From: an uncultured Desulfobacula sp.
GTDB taxonomy: Bacteria; Desulfobacterota; Desulfobacteria; Desulfobacterales; Desulfobacteraceae
Assembly (NCBI GenBank): GCA_964619205.1
Contig: CAZUDE010000002.1
Coordinates: 61,420-125,419 of the forward strand
Length of the DNA: 64,000 nt
Direction of reading: 5' to 3'
The notes under the pieces were generated by a model. That model was not told the DNA's origin. It was given only the letters and a program-made list of their open reading frames with translations, and did no database searches. This document shows, piece after piece, positions 19,969 to 29,344 of this stretch (within the stretch, counting starts at the first letter, position 1; every line of letters begins with the position of its first letter). The position numbers and the translations under genes were made by a program.

Positions 19969-20781
19969 ATGATTGGCCGGATCGACATACGCCATCTTTC
20001 CTTTGGGTATTCGGATCAAAAAGAAGACGCTGTCTTTACCAATATTACGATGTCCCTTGAACCGGGGCAGGTTTTCTGTCTTCTGGGGCCCAATGGATCA
20101 GGCAAATCCACCCTGCTCAAATGCATTACAAGGCTCTTGAAACCTGCCAGGGGAATGGTGACCATTGACGGAGAAAATATTACGGCATCAAGTTCAAACA
20201 AGATAGCAAAGAAACTGGGCTATGTCCCCCAGAGTCTTGTTTCGGCATTCCCGTTTACCGTGGAGGAAATCGTGGTCATGGGAAGAGCATCAAAAATCAG
20301 CATGATCTCTTCGCCTTCAAAAAAGGATCAGGACAAAGCCCGGGAATCCATGGAAAGGATCGGCATTGCCCATTTGGCGAGGCGTCCATGCAACAGGCTT
20401 TCAGGGGGGGAATGGCAGCTGGTCCTGATTGCCAGGGCCCTGACCCAGTCACCAAGGGTGCTGCTTTTGGATGAACCCACCTCCCACCTGGATCTGGGCA
20501 ACCAGGTGAAAATCCTGGAGGTGGTCAATACGCTGTCCAGGGACGGCATCACCATTATCATGGCCTCCCATTTCCCGGATCATGCATTTTTAAACGCTGA
20601 CCAGGTCGGTATCCTGAAAGGCGGGTCCATGAAGACCCTGGGAAACCCGGACAAGGTGTTGACCGAAGAGGTTCTTTTTTCCACCTATGGTATCCGGATC
20701 AGGGTCATAGAGATGTTTGAAGGGATTAACAGGAAGGTCTGTGTCCCGGTCTTAAAACAAGGCATAAAGGGAAATCCTTGA
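19969..20781 (+). CDS. FecE/BtuD-type ABC ATP-binding protein (set 1)
   Basis: GPNGSGKS, LSGGEWQLVLIARAL, LLDEPTSHLD. Confidence 0.95.
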   Translation: MIGRIDIRHLSFGYSDQKEDAVFTNITMSLEPGQVFCLLGPNGSGKSTLLKCITRLLKPARGMVTIDGENITASSSNKIAKKLGYVPQSLVSAFPFTVEEIVVMGRASKISMISSPSKKDQDKARESMERIGIAHLARRPCNRLSGGEWQLVLIARALTQSPRVLLLDEPTSHLDLGNQVKILEVVNTLSRDGITIIMASHFPDHAFLNADQVGILKGGSMKTLGNPDKVLTEEVLFSTYGIRIRVIEMFEGINRKVCVPVLKQGIKGNP

Positions 20782-20920
20782 TCCCCATGACCCCAATGCA
20801 GCCGTGGCCATAGCCGATCAGTCCGTCATGCTGAAAAAAGGGGAACTCTTGGCATTGGGCACACCTATGGACACCATCGCTAGTTTATTGCTGTCCAGGA
20901 TCTGCTCAATCAAAATTTAA
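20780..20920 (+). pseudogene. C-terminal remnant of a fourth FecE-type ABC ATPase
   Basis: Start-less frame DPHDPNAAVAIADQSVMLKKGELLALGTP..* matches the H-loop region of FecE proteins and differs from all three intact paralogues. Confidence 0.7.
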
Positions 20921-20987
20921 CCCAGGAAAAGGGCGGATATTTATGGCCCACGGGCAACAGATCAGCGTTTATATAGTGGGAGGTATT

Positions 20988-22016
20988 ATGAAAACAACTA
21001 AAATTCTATGGATGGGGCTGTCCATCGGTCTTGGGGTTTGTTTTTTTTATGGGTGTGATTTTATCTCACAAAAACAGGCACAAACCCGGACCATCACCGA
21101 CCAGATGGGAAGAGAGGTGACCATCCCCAAACACCCCAAAAAAATTGCAGCCCTTCATCATTTTGGCGGAAAAATCATGTATGCCCTGGGCCGGCAGGAT
21201 TTCTTGGCAGATCAAAGCATCTACGGCAAAGAAGCCGAGGCCAGGCATAAAATCGATCCGGTCTTTGCGGCCCTGCCGAAAATCATCGAATCCCACGGGT
21301 ATAATGTGGAAGGCCTGGTCAGCCTGAACCCTGAAATCATCTTTGCCTATGCATCCATGGACAAACTGGAAATGGACCAGTTTGAAAATTCCGGAATCCC
21401 GGTGGTGGCCATAAAAGGGGAAACCCTGGAAGAAAGTTATACCGCCATCCGGCTGGTATCGGATGTGATGAATTGTAAAGAAAGGGGTGAATTTTATATC
21501 AAGGCCTGTCAGGATCTTGTGAATATGGTGCAAAGCCGCCTTGAAAGTCATGTGGAAAAACCCCTGGCCGTCATGTTTGCAGGGCCCAGGAGCATTTTTT
21601 CCGTTGCCACGGGCAATATGCTGCAGAACCAGATCCTGAACCTGTCCGGCGCATTCAATGTGGCACGGGAATTAAGCGGGTTCTGGGCAAATGTGTCGCC
21701 GGAGCAGATTGCAAAATGGAACCCGGATGTAATTTTTTTGGGCTCCTATCTGGATGTTTACGGCAAGGACAAAATCCTTGAAAATCCCCAGTTCCAGACC
21801 GTTACCGCCATAAAGGAAAAAAAGATTTTTACCTTTCCCTCCAATATCGGGTGGTGGGATTACCCGGCTCCCCATTGCGTCCTGGGTGTGGTCTGGTGCG
21901 CCAAAACCATTTATCCGGATCTTTTTGCCGATATCGACATGATGGCCGTGGCCAATGAATTCTACAAACAATTTGTGGGGTATACATTTGAAGAAATGGG
22001 AGGCAGGCTGGATTGA
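20988..22016 (+). CDS. Fe/B12-type ABC substrate-binding lipoprotein (set 2)
   Basis: Lipobox-like FYGC, TITDQMGREVTIPKHPKKI, VSPEQIAKWNPDVI; GGAGG RBS before 20988. Confidence 0.92.
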   Translation: MKTTKILWMGLSIGLGVCFFYGCDFISQKQAQTRTITDQMGREVTIPKHPKKIAALHHFGGKIMYALGRQDFLADQSIYGKEAEARHKIDPVFAALPKIIESHGYNVEGLVSLNPEIIFAYASMDKLEMDQFENSGIPVVAIKGETLEESYTAIRLVSDVMNCKERGEFYIKACQDLVNMVQSRLESHVEKPLAVMFAGPRSIFSVATGNMLQNQILNLSGAFNVARELSGFWANVSPEQIAKWNPDVIFLGSYLDVYGKDKILENPQFQTVTAIKEKKIFTFPSNIGWWDYPAPHCVLGVVWCAKTIYPDLFADIDMMAVANEFYKQFVGYTFEEMGGRLD

Positions 22017-23026
22017 AAAAAATTCTGATCACAGGCGGGCTGGTTTTCCCAGTGGTTTTATTCATCTGCCTCAGCATCGGCCGGTATCCCATTGAACCGG
22101 GCCGGGTGGCCGGGCTCCTCTTGGCTCCCTTTGGCATTGAAAATCGGCTTTTTGAAGCCCCCATGGATATGATGATGATTTTCTGGAATGTCCGGGTGCC
22201 GAGGATTATTCTAAGCATTTTTGTGGGAGCCGGGATTTCCACTGCAGGGGCTGTGTTCCAGGCCCTTTTCAGAAACCCGCTGGCTGCCCCGGATATCCTT
22301 GGGGTAACCTTTGGCTCGGGTTTTGGCGCAGCCCTGGCCATCATGTTTTTTGCCCCTGTTGCCCTGGTGATCCAGACCAGTGCCTTTGCCTTTGGGATCA
22401 CAGCGGTCACCCTGGCCTATATCCTGGCATCCCTGAGCCGTGACAGCTCCCCTTCGGTCCTGGTCATCTCCGGGATTGTGATTTCCGCGATATTCCAGGC
22501 CGGGCTTTCTTTTATCATGTATATTGCCAACCCCTATGACCAGCTGGCCCAGATTGTGTTCTGGACCATGGGCAGTTTTAATACCGCGTCCTGGATCAAG
22601 GTTGGGGCAACCGTGCCCCTGCTCTTGCCCGGCATTATGCTCATCATGATTTTTTCCTGGCGGCTGAACATCATGACCCAGGGAGAGGAAGATGCCGGGT
22701 CCATGGGCATCCATGTGGTGAGATGGCGGTACTTTTATGTCATCGTCAGCACCCTCATGGTGGCCTCTTCCGTGGCAAATGTGGGGAATGTGGCCTGGAT
22801 CGGGCTCATCGTACCCCATATTGCCAGGTATCTTGCCGGGTCTGAACACCGAAGACTCATCCCCATGACAGCCATGCTGGGGGGATTGTTTCTCATGGTC
22901 ATGGATACGGTGGCAAGAAGCGTCATGCTTTCTGAAATCCCCATCAGTATTGTCACCTCCATATTCGGCGCTCCCTTCTTAGGGTATCTGGTGGTCAGCG
23001 CCGGGAAAGCAAGGGTGTTTTCATGA
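22013..23026 (+). CDS. FecCD-family ABC permease (set 2)
   Basis: VRVPRIILS, QALFRNPLAAPDILGV, WIGLIVPHIAR. Confidence 0.95.
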   Translation: MKKILITGGLVFPVVLFICLSIGRYPIEPGRVAGLLLAPFGIENRLFEAPMDMMMIFWNVRVPRIILSIFVGAGISTAGAVFQALFRNPLAAPDILGVTFGSGFGAALAIMFFAPVALVIQTSAFAFGITAVTLAYILASLSRDSSPSVLVISGIVISAIFQAGLSFIMYIANPYDQLAQIVFWTMGSFNTASWIKVGATVPLLLPGIMLIMIFSWRLNIMTQGEEDAGSMGIHVVRWRYFYVIVSTLMVASSVANVGNVAWIGLIVPHIARYLAGSEHRRLIPMTAMLGGLFLMVMDTVARSVMLSEIPISIVTSIFGAPFLGYLVVSAGKARVFS

Positions 23027-23811
23027 ATCTCAGAGTTGAAAATATCAGTGCGGGATACGGCAAGAACCCTGTGATTTCCCTTGTCAACCTCACCGTGGCA
23101 CCGGGCAGGATCTGCGCCCTCATGGGCCGGAACGGGTCGGGCAAAACCACCCTGCTCCGCTGCATCAACGGGCTTTTGCCTTCCAGTGAAGGCAGGATCA
23201 TCCTCATGGGCCGGGATATAAAAAAACTCAGCCGGGACAAGATTGCAAGGATGGTGGGTGTTGTCCCCCAGGTGAGCGTTACCCCGTTCTCCTTTTCATG
23301 CCTTGACATGGTCCTGATGGCTGGGGCGGCCCGGATCAAAGCCTGGTCAGCTCCGTCAAAAAGAGACCACCAAAAAGCCCTGGGCGCCATGGCGGAAACC
23401 GGGATAGACCATATGGCAAAGAGGGCCTTTAATACCCTTTCCGGCGGGGAGAGGCAATTGGTCATGCTGGCCAGGGGGCTGTTCCAGGACACGCCCATCA
23501 TGCTCCTGGACGAGCCCAATTCCCATCTTGATTTTGCCAACCAGCATAAAATCATGGCCCTGATGCAGCGGCTTGCCAGAAAACGGAACATGACGGTTCT
23601 CATTACCCTGCATGACCCGAACCTGGCCCATTATTACTGTGATGATGCCATCCTTATCCACCAGGGCAGGGTCCGGGCCGCAGGAGAGATTGGTGTGACC
23701 CTGACCAACGAGGTCCTGTCCTGTGTTCTGGGGGATGATATTGAATGCGATGTAACAAAAAAAGGAGTGTTTGTGGCGATTCCCAAACAGATCCCTCAAA
23801 ATATGAATTAA
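23023..23811 (+). CDS. FecE-type ABC ATP-binding protein (set 2)
   Basis: GRNGSGKT, LSGGERQLVMLARGL, LLDEPNSHLD, HDPNLA. Confidence 0.95.
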   Translation: MNLRVENISAGYGKNPVISLVNLTVAPGRICALMGRNGSGKTTLLRCINGLLPSSEGRIILMGRDIKKLSRDKIARMVGVVPQVSVTPFSFSCLDMVLMAGAARIKAWSAPSKRDHQKALGAMAETGIDHMAKRAFNTLSGGERQLVMLARGLFQDTPIMLLDEPNSHLDFANQHKIMALMQRLARKRNMTVLITLHDPNLAHYYCDDAILIHQGRVRAAGEIGVTLTNEVLSCVLGDDIECDVTKKGVFVAIPKQIPQNMN

Positions 23812-23822
23812 AAGGTGAAGCT

Positions 23823-24833
23823 ATGAAATGTAATTTTTGCGAACACAAATGTGATCTGACCAAGGGAAAAAGTTTTTGCGGCATGTACAAAGATGAAGGG
23901 GGCAGGGCGGCTGAAATCTACCCGGACCGCTGGTGCACCTATTCCCCCTCACGGATCGAATCGGTTCCCTTTTACCATGCCTACCCCGGATCACGGTCCA
24001 TGATCATCGGAACGGCAGGCTGCAATTTCCGGTGCAGGTACTGTTCCAATTCCTTTATCGCCTGTCAGGACCCGGCCGATATCCAGGACGTCATGTTTGA
24101 ATTTTCAGGGGAGAAACTTGTGGCCATGGCAAAGAAGCTGGGGTGTCACAATATCATTTTCAATGTCAATGAACCGGCCGTGTCCCTGCCGAGCCTCATG
24201 CGGGTGTCTGAATATGCAATAAAGGAAGGCATTCCCATGGGATGTCTTACCAACGGCTATACCACGGAAGAGTCCACCCTGATGCTTGCCGAGATCTTTT
24301 CTTTTGTCCATGTCGGGCTGAAAGGCTTTTCCAATAAATTTTACAGGGAATTTGTGGGCGTGAGCAGCATTGACCCTGTCTTAAGAAATATCTATACCCT
24401 GTCCCGGCATTGCCATATAGAGATTGCCTCTCCGGTCATTGAAAACATCAATGACCATGAACTCAGTGAAATTGCGGAATTCATCTGCGATATCAACCCG
24501 GAAATTCCCTGGCATGTGTTCCGGCTTCTGCCCGAGCATAACATGAAGGATTTCCAATACCCGGATATTGAAAAGATGAATAAGGCCCTGGAAACAGCGA
24601 GAAATTATCTTCCTTTTATCTATTTTCATAATTTTGTTGGGTCCAACTGGGTGAACACGCTTTGCCCCGGTTGCGGGGCTGCCGTGATCAAACGGTTCAG
24701 CCTGGGATGCTCCGGGGACCGGCTGGATGAATTCCTGGCACCCGGCAATACCTGTTCAAGCTGCGGAACCAAAATCGCCATGCTGGGAACCAAGGTGGCC
24801 TGGACGGAAAAACGTGAAAAGGAGAATGTTTAA
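23823..24833 (+). CDS. Radical SAM enzyme, AmmeMemoRadiSam/PFL-activase-like
   Basis: GCNFRCRYC (CxxxCxxC); N-terminal CxxCxxxC..C; RIESVPFYHAYPG; C-terminal TLCPGCG. Confidence 0.9.
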   Translation: MKCNFCEHKCDLTKGKSFCGMYKDEGGRAAEIYPDRWCTYSPSRIESVPFYHAYPGSRSMIIGTAGCNFRCRYCSNSFIACQDPADIQDVMFEFSGEKLVAMAKKLGCHNIIFNVNEPAVSLPSLMRVSEYAIKEGIPMGCLTNGYTTEESTLMLAEIFSFVHVGLKGFSNKFYREFVGVSSIDPVLRNIYTLSRHCHIEIASPVIENINDHELSEIAEFICDINPEIPWHVFRLLPEHNMKDFQYPDIEKMNKALETARNYLPFIYFHNFVGSNWVNTLCPGCGAAVIKRFSLGCSGDRLDEFLAPGNTCSSCGTKIAMLGTKVAWTEKREKENV

Positions 24834-24834
24834 A

Positions 24835-26007
24835 ATGAGTCTCGCCATAATTGATGCAAGGCAGTGGCAGAACCGGTTTGACCTTGAATCAGGCCGGCCC
24901 ATGGATTCGGATCATCCAATGGCCGCCATGATCAGCAAGGTCCTAAGCTGGAACCCATACCCCGGCGACATGGATGAAAAAGCCAATGAATGGGTAACCC
25001 GGACAGCTCTGGACCTGGTCGAGAAATATGAGCCCGGCCTGGTCTGTTTAAGCTATGTCCACCAGTTTTTCAGCCATCGCCATTTTGCCCATTCAAAAGA
25101 GGACTGGGAAAAGATGTGTGAAACTGTCATGGCAGAAGCACAAAAATTTATCCATCTATCCGGCTATACCCCGGTCATTATCGGCACCGGTGCCATGATT
25201 CCCTTAAAGGGCGAAATGAATCTTTCAGGCATGGACGGGCTGGCCATATCTTCCAACTGGTCGGCCCGGTATTGCGGGGTTCACCAGCCAAGCCCGGCCG
25301 ATATGGAATTGCTCCATGGGTTTGTGGCAGAGGGAAAGATTGAACGCATTGTAACCAAGGATGAATGGATCGATCTTTTCAGATCAGAACAGCCGGATAT
25401 AAAAATTCATCAGGATGAAGCGCTCATGCCTGACTTCCTGGTTGTTTCCAACGAGGGATATGCCTTCAAGACCATGGGAACGACCCTGAGAAAGCCTGTG
25501 AATATTCCTGAAAATAATTTCAACATCCCTGTGTATACCCGTCTGGGCAATCTTGATGATCTAAGGGGAATCAAACAATTGGTTCGGTCAAACCTTGAAC
25601 ATCACAAGATTGCCCTGATCCTTGTGGAAGGAGTTGGAAAAGAGTTTTTTCCGGCTGATCACTCCCTGTGCAGAAACGGCTGCGGCTGGTTCTGTAACGA
25701 ACCGGGAGATGCTTTTTACCTGACCCTTTCCACAGGAAAACACGAACCTTTTGCCTACCCGGCAGGATGCCGGTCCTTTGACCGGGATGCGGAAACCATA
25801 AAATTTCCTTTTTCAGGCTATATGCTCTCCATCCCGGAAAACACCCTGGCACAGGATTATCCGGGAAAAAGCATTGCCGTTGGGAACCGGAGCATGTTCA
25901 TGCACATGATGTTCGGCGTGGACATGAGTATTGAATGTTTTGCCCGGAACCTGTTCAACCAGGGATGCCTGGGCGTGATTCACAGGATGGGTAAATATGG
26001 GAAATAA
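24835..26007 (+). CDS. Hypothetical protein translationally coupled to the radical SAM gene (weak alkaline-phosphatase/phosphodiesterase-superfamily resemblance)
   Basis: About 390-aa ORF with GGAG RBS, operon-packed; ANEWVTRTALDLVEKYEPGLVCLSY only loosely recalls PhnA/NPP segments. Confidence 0.7.
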   Translation: MSLAIIDARQWQNRFDLESGRPMDSDHPMAAMISKVLSWNPYPGDMDEKANEWVTRTALDLVEKYEPGLVCLSYVHQFFSHRHFAHSKEDWEKMCETVMAEAQKFIHLSGYTPVIIGTGAMIPLKGEMNLSGMDGLAISSNWSARYCGVHQPSPADMELLHGFVAEGKIERIVTKDEWIDLFRSEQPDIKIHQDEALMPDFLVVSNEGYAFKTMGTTLRKPVNIPENNFNIPVYTRLGNLDDLRGIKQLVRSNLEHHKIALILVEGVGKEFFPADHSLCRNGCGWFCNEPGDAFYLTLSTGKHEPFAYPAGCRSFDRDAETIKFPFSGYMLSIPENTLAQDYPGKSIAVGNRSMFMHMMFGVDMSIECFARNLFNQGCLGVIHRMGKYGK

Positions 26008-26035
26008 ATTTAACCATGAAGGCCATGAGGAAAAG

Positions 26036-26698
26036 ATGGGTTTCAGGACTAATATTTTTTTCGGGGTGATTTTTGGTGTTGTCTTTTTGTTCTGCTGTTC
26101 CCCGGTTTTTGCAGACAGGAATGAAAAGATGGCCGCGCTTGAAACAAGAATTGCAGCCTATATTCTTGATAAACAGCATAAAGAGGATTTCTATGCCCTG
26201 GCCGTTGTCAAAAGCGCCCTTGAATCCATCAGGGAAGGGTCCGGCGGCATCGGCGCCTGCCTTTTGGACGGCAGCACGGGAAAAATCGTTGAATATGGCC
26301 GGAACCGACAGCACTCCCCGTATTTTCGCAGTGATCTGCACGCTGAAATGGATCTGCTCAATAAATATGAAGACCGGGCAAAAAAGATGAATGATCCAAA
26401 AAATTTAAACAAAACACGGGAATGCAAAGATCTGGTTCTGGTCACTTCAGTGGAGCCCTGTCCCATGTGCCTGACCCGCATCATCAATTCCGGGATTAAA
26501 ACGGTGCTCTATGTGGTGGAGGATAAGGAAGGGGGTATGATCACCCGCCTGGACAACCTGCCGCCGTTCTGGCGGGAATTTGCTTCGGATCGGGAATTTC
26601 GGCCGGCCGATTGTTCTGCCGAACTAAAGCAGATCGCCATAGACCTGTTTAATTTTTCCAGCCGGAGTTTTGCAAAAAAACAGAGGGAAAAACAATGA
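26036..26698 (+). CDS. Zinc-dependent nucleoside/nucleotide deaminase with predicted signal peptide
   Basis: HAEMDLL and VEPCPMC motifs; N-terminus MGFRTNIFFGVIFGVVFLFCCSPVFA-DR. Confidence 0.88.
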   Translation: MGFRTNIFFGVIFGVVFLFCCSPVFADRNEKMAALETRIAAYILDKQHKEDFYALAVVKSALESIREGSGGIGACLLDGSTGKIVEYGRNRQHSPYFRSDLHAEMDLLNKYEDRAKKMNDPKNLNKTRECKDLVLVTSVEPCPMCLTRIINSGIKTVLYVVEDKEGGMITRLDNLPPFWREFASDREFRPADCSAELKQIAIDLFNFSSRSFAKKQREKQ

Positions 26699-26768
26699 TT
26701 GGAAAGAAGGCGAATCCTTGGAAGGATTCAGCCGTTCTAATAAAACAACTCAAATAAAGGAGAACAAC

Positions 26769-26912
26769 ATGTGTGACTGCAAATGCCAACACCCGGATAA
26801 GTTAAAAGACAAGCCTGAAAACTGTACACCCCGGCAGATTGAAGAATGCCATGGGAAAACAGGGGAGCATGCCTGTACCTGCGAGTCTGAAAAAGAGAAA
26901 AAAACAGAATAG
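26769..26912 (+). CDS. 47-aa Cys/His-rich mini-protein (metal-binding candidate)
   Basis: AAGGAG RBS; MCDCKCQHPDKLKDKPENCTPRQIEECHGKTGEHACTCESEKEKKTE has 7 Cys and 3 His. Confidence 0.7.
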   Translation: MCDCKCQHPDKLKDKPENCTPRQIEECHGKTGEHACTCESEKEKKTE

Positions 26913-26935
26913 AACTTTTAACAGGAGACTGAAAC

Positions 26936-27598
26936 ATGCCGGTTGATAATCCGTATTTAGAAGATGAAGAAGATAAAAAAGCAGCCATGGAAATGGATGA
27001 AATCGTTAAAACCATATTTGCCCCGATTTATCCTGAGATTGCCGGGCAGATCAAATCCATGCACAAGATTACCACCGGCATTTGCATCGACCTGGGTGCA
27101 GGTCCGGGAGCCCTTTCCATTTGCCTTGCAAAGATCACGGACCTTCACCTGTATGCAGTGGACAAATCACCCCACGCATTTTCCATCGCCACCCAAAATA
27201 TTAAGGATGCAGGCCTGGATGACCGGATCACCCCGGTGAAATCCGATATCGTCAACATGCCCTTTGAGAACAATTTTGCAGACCTCATGATCTCACGGGG
27301 GTCTATTTTTTTCTGGCAGGATATGGCAGGTGCATTTAAAGAAATCTACCGGGTCTTGAAACCCGGAGGGGAAACCCATATCGGCGGAGGATTCGGCACA
27401 TCGGAATTGAAAAAAGCCATTTTTGAAGAAATGGCGCAAAGAAAGGACGGGTTTGAAGACCGGAGCAAAAAGCGGGGAAGCCCGGAAAATATGAAGCGCA
27501 TCAAAGAGGCCCTGGATGAAACCCTTCCCGGTCAATACAGGATGACGCAGTCGGATATCGGGTTCTGGATTTATATCACAAAGGAAAAGGCCTCATGA
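26936..27598 (+). CDS. Class I SAM-dependent methyltransferase
   Basis: CIDLGAGPG motif I, MPFENNFADL, YRVLKPGG. Confidence 0.92.
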   Translation: MPVDNPYLEDEEDKKAAMEMDEIVKTIFAPIYPEIAGQIKSMHKITTGICIDLGAGPGALSICLAKITDLHLYAVDKSPHAFSIATQNIKDAGLDDRITPVKSDIVNMPFENNFADLMISRGSIFFWQDMAGAFKEIYRVLKPGGETHIGGGFGTSELKKAIFEEMAQRKDGFEDRSKKRGSPENMKRIKEALDETLPGQYRMTQSDIGFWIYITKEKAS

Positions 27599-29337
27599 AA
27601 TGCGGGATATGCGAGATCGGCTGTCACCTTGAGGAAAATGGATATGGCAAATGCCGGATGATCACCCTCAGGGGAGGGGTGTTTATGGAACGGTATCCGG
27701 ACAGCTGGTCCACCATGTTCCCCATTTCCATAGAAACCCTGCCAACCCTGCATTTTTATCCCAGCCATAAATTTTTGCAGGTGTCTTCCATGGGATGCAA
27801 TTTTTCCTGTTCCGGGTGTATTTCAGAAATGCTGACCCTGGGGACTGAAACCATTTATAAGACCTTAAAGACGCTGCCGCCTGAAAAAGTCATTGAAAAG
27901 GCTGTAAAAGAAAACTGCAAGGGAATTGCTTTTTGCATCAATGATCCCACGGTTTCTTTTTATTCGTTTTTAAAATTGGCCCGGGCGGCAAAAGAAAAGA
28001 ACCTGTTGGTGGGATTTTCAACCAACGGGTATTTTACCAGTCAGGCCCTTGAAGCCCTGATCCCCTTTACGGATTTTGTAAATATCGGGTTTAAGGGGTT
28101 TTCCGACAAAGCTTATCAATCCTGCGGAGTCCCTTCGTCAGCACCGGTTTTCAGGAATATGAAAAGGCTGTTTGACGCAGGGATTCATTTGGAGGCTGCC
28201 GTCATCCACTTAAAAGGGCGGGAAGAGGATGTCGTCCGCATTGCCGGGTTTGTTTCCTCCCTGTCGCCTGATATCCCTTTCCAGGTCATGCGGTTTGTCC
28301 CTTTTGGTGAAGCAGAGATTGAATTTGAACCCACCATCCGGGAATCCGAATCCCTTTGTGGCGGGTTGAGCAAAACCCTGACCCATGTGTATCTGTTTAA
28401 TTCCCCCGGCTCGGATCTGTTAAATACCCTGTGCCCGGTCTGCGGGAAAACCGTCATCACCCGGGAGTTCTTCGGACCCATGGGAGCAAGAATTGTGGAT
28501 CATGGGATCGATGTCCGGTGTGTTTGCGGCAGCCGCCCCATGATCAAAGGGGAGGTGGCTGAAACCCGGTATGATGAACATGGTTTTTTTGGCGGGTACC
28601 GAACCACCCGGGCCTTTGAAATGCTCCAGGCGATTCTCACCTGCATGGGTGCGGATGACCCTGAAAAAATACCGGAACTTTGGTTTGACATCATGGAGAC
28701 CGATTATCTCAAAGAATTCCATGAAACGGTTCATCTGCCGGAAGCTTATGGTAACATCATTGATCTTCTGGCTCGAAAAACCGGTTGCGAAAAAGCCGGA
28801 GACCGGCTGAAAACCTTTATCAACCAGACCCTGTCCCATATCCGGTTAAGGGCCTGTTCTGCAGACCGGCCAAAGGTCTACTATGCCATGGGCTATCCCT
28901 TGTTTGCCCTGAATGCGGAACGCTTTGAAACCAACCTGGTGGAGGCGGCCGGCGGGAACTGCCTGAACAAGCAGTTGACCAGAAAAGGAAAACCAGGGGT
29001 CTCCATCACGCGGGAAGAATTGATGCGGATGAACCCGGATTTTATTTTTATTTCCGGTTTTTTGTCCTGCCCGGTGTCTGATTTTTATGATTATTGTATT
29101 CGCCATGATATTCTCGTGAATGCAGTGAAAAACAACCGGATCTATGACCATTTTCCCCTATGGGATTTTGGCAGCCCGAGATGGGTTCTGGGCCTCATGC
29201 ACATTGCCAATACCCTTCACCCGGAAATTTTTGAGTTTGACATAAAAAAAGAAGCAGATGCATTTTACACTGAGTTTTTTAAACAGCCCTTTAATCAGAA
29301 AACCGCCAACAGATCTTTTTACAGAGTCTCAAGATGA
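27595..29337 (+). CDS. Radical SAM enzyme (AmmeMemoRadiSam-like) fused to a periplasmic-binding-protein-like C-terminal lobe
   Basis: GCNFSCSGC and TLCPVCG; C-terminal third (VEAAGG..ITREELMRMNPDFIF..AVKNNRIY..WDFGSPRWVLG..HPEIF) parallels the C-lobe of the locus SBPs; no signal peptide. Confidence 0.85.
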   Translation: MKCGICEIGCHLEENGYGKCRMITLRGGVFMERYPDSWSTMFPISIETLPTLHFYPSHKFLQVSSMGCNFSCSGCISEMLTLGTETIYKTLKTLPPEKVIEKAVKENCKGIAFCINDPTVSFYSFLKLARAAKEKNLLVGFSTNGYFTSQALEALIPFTDFVNIGFKGFSDKAYQSCGVPSSAPVFRNMKRLFDAGIHLEAAVIHLKGREEDVVRIAGFVSSLSPDIPFQVMRFVPFGEAEIEFEPTIRESESLCGGLSKTLTHVYLFNSPGSDLLNTLCPVCGKTVITREFFGPMGARIVDHGIDVRCVCGSRPMIKGEVAETRYDEHGFFGGYRTTRAFEMLQAILTCMGADDPEKIPELWFDIMETDYLKEFHETVHLPEAYGNIIDLLARKTGCEKAGDRLKTFINQTLSHIRLRACSADRPKVYYAMGYPLFALNAERFETNLVEAAGGNCLNKQLTRKGKPGVSITREELMRMNPDFIFISGFLSCPVSDFYDYCIRHDILVNAVKNNRIYDHFPLWDFGSPRWVLGLMHIANTLHPEIFEFDIKKEADAFYTEFFKQPFNQKTANRSFYRVSR

Positions 29338-29344
29338 TGCAGAT

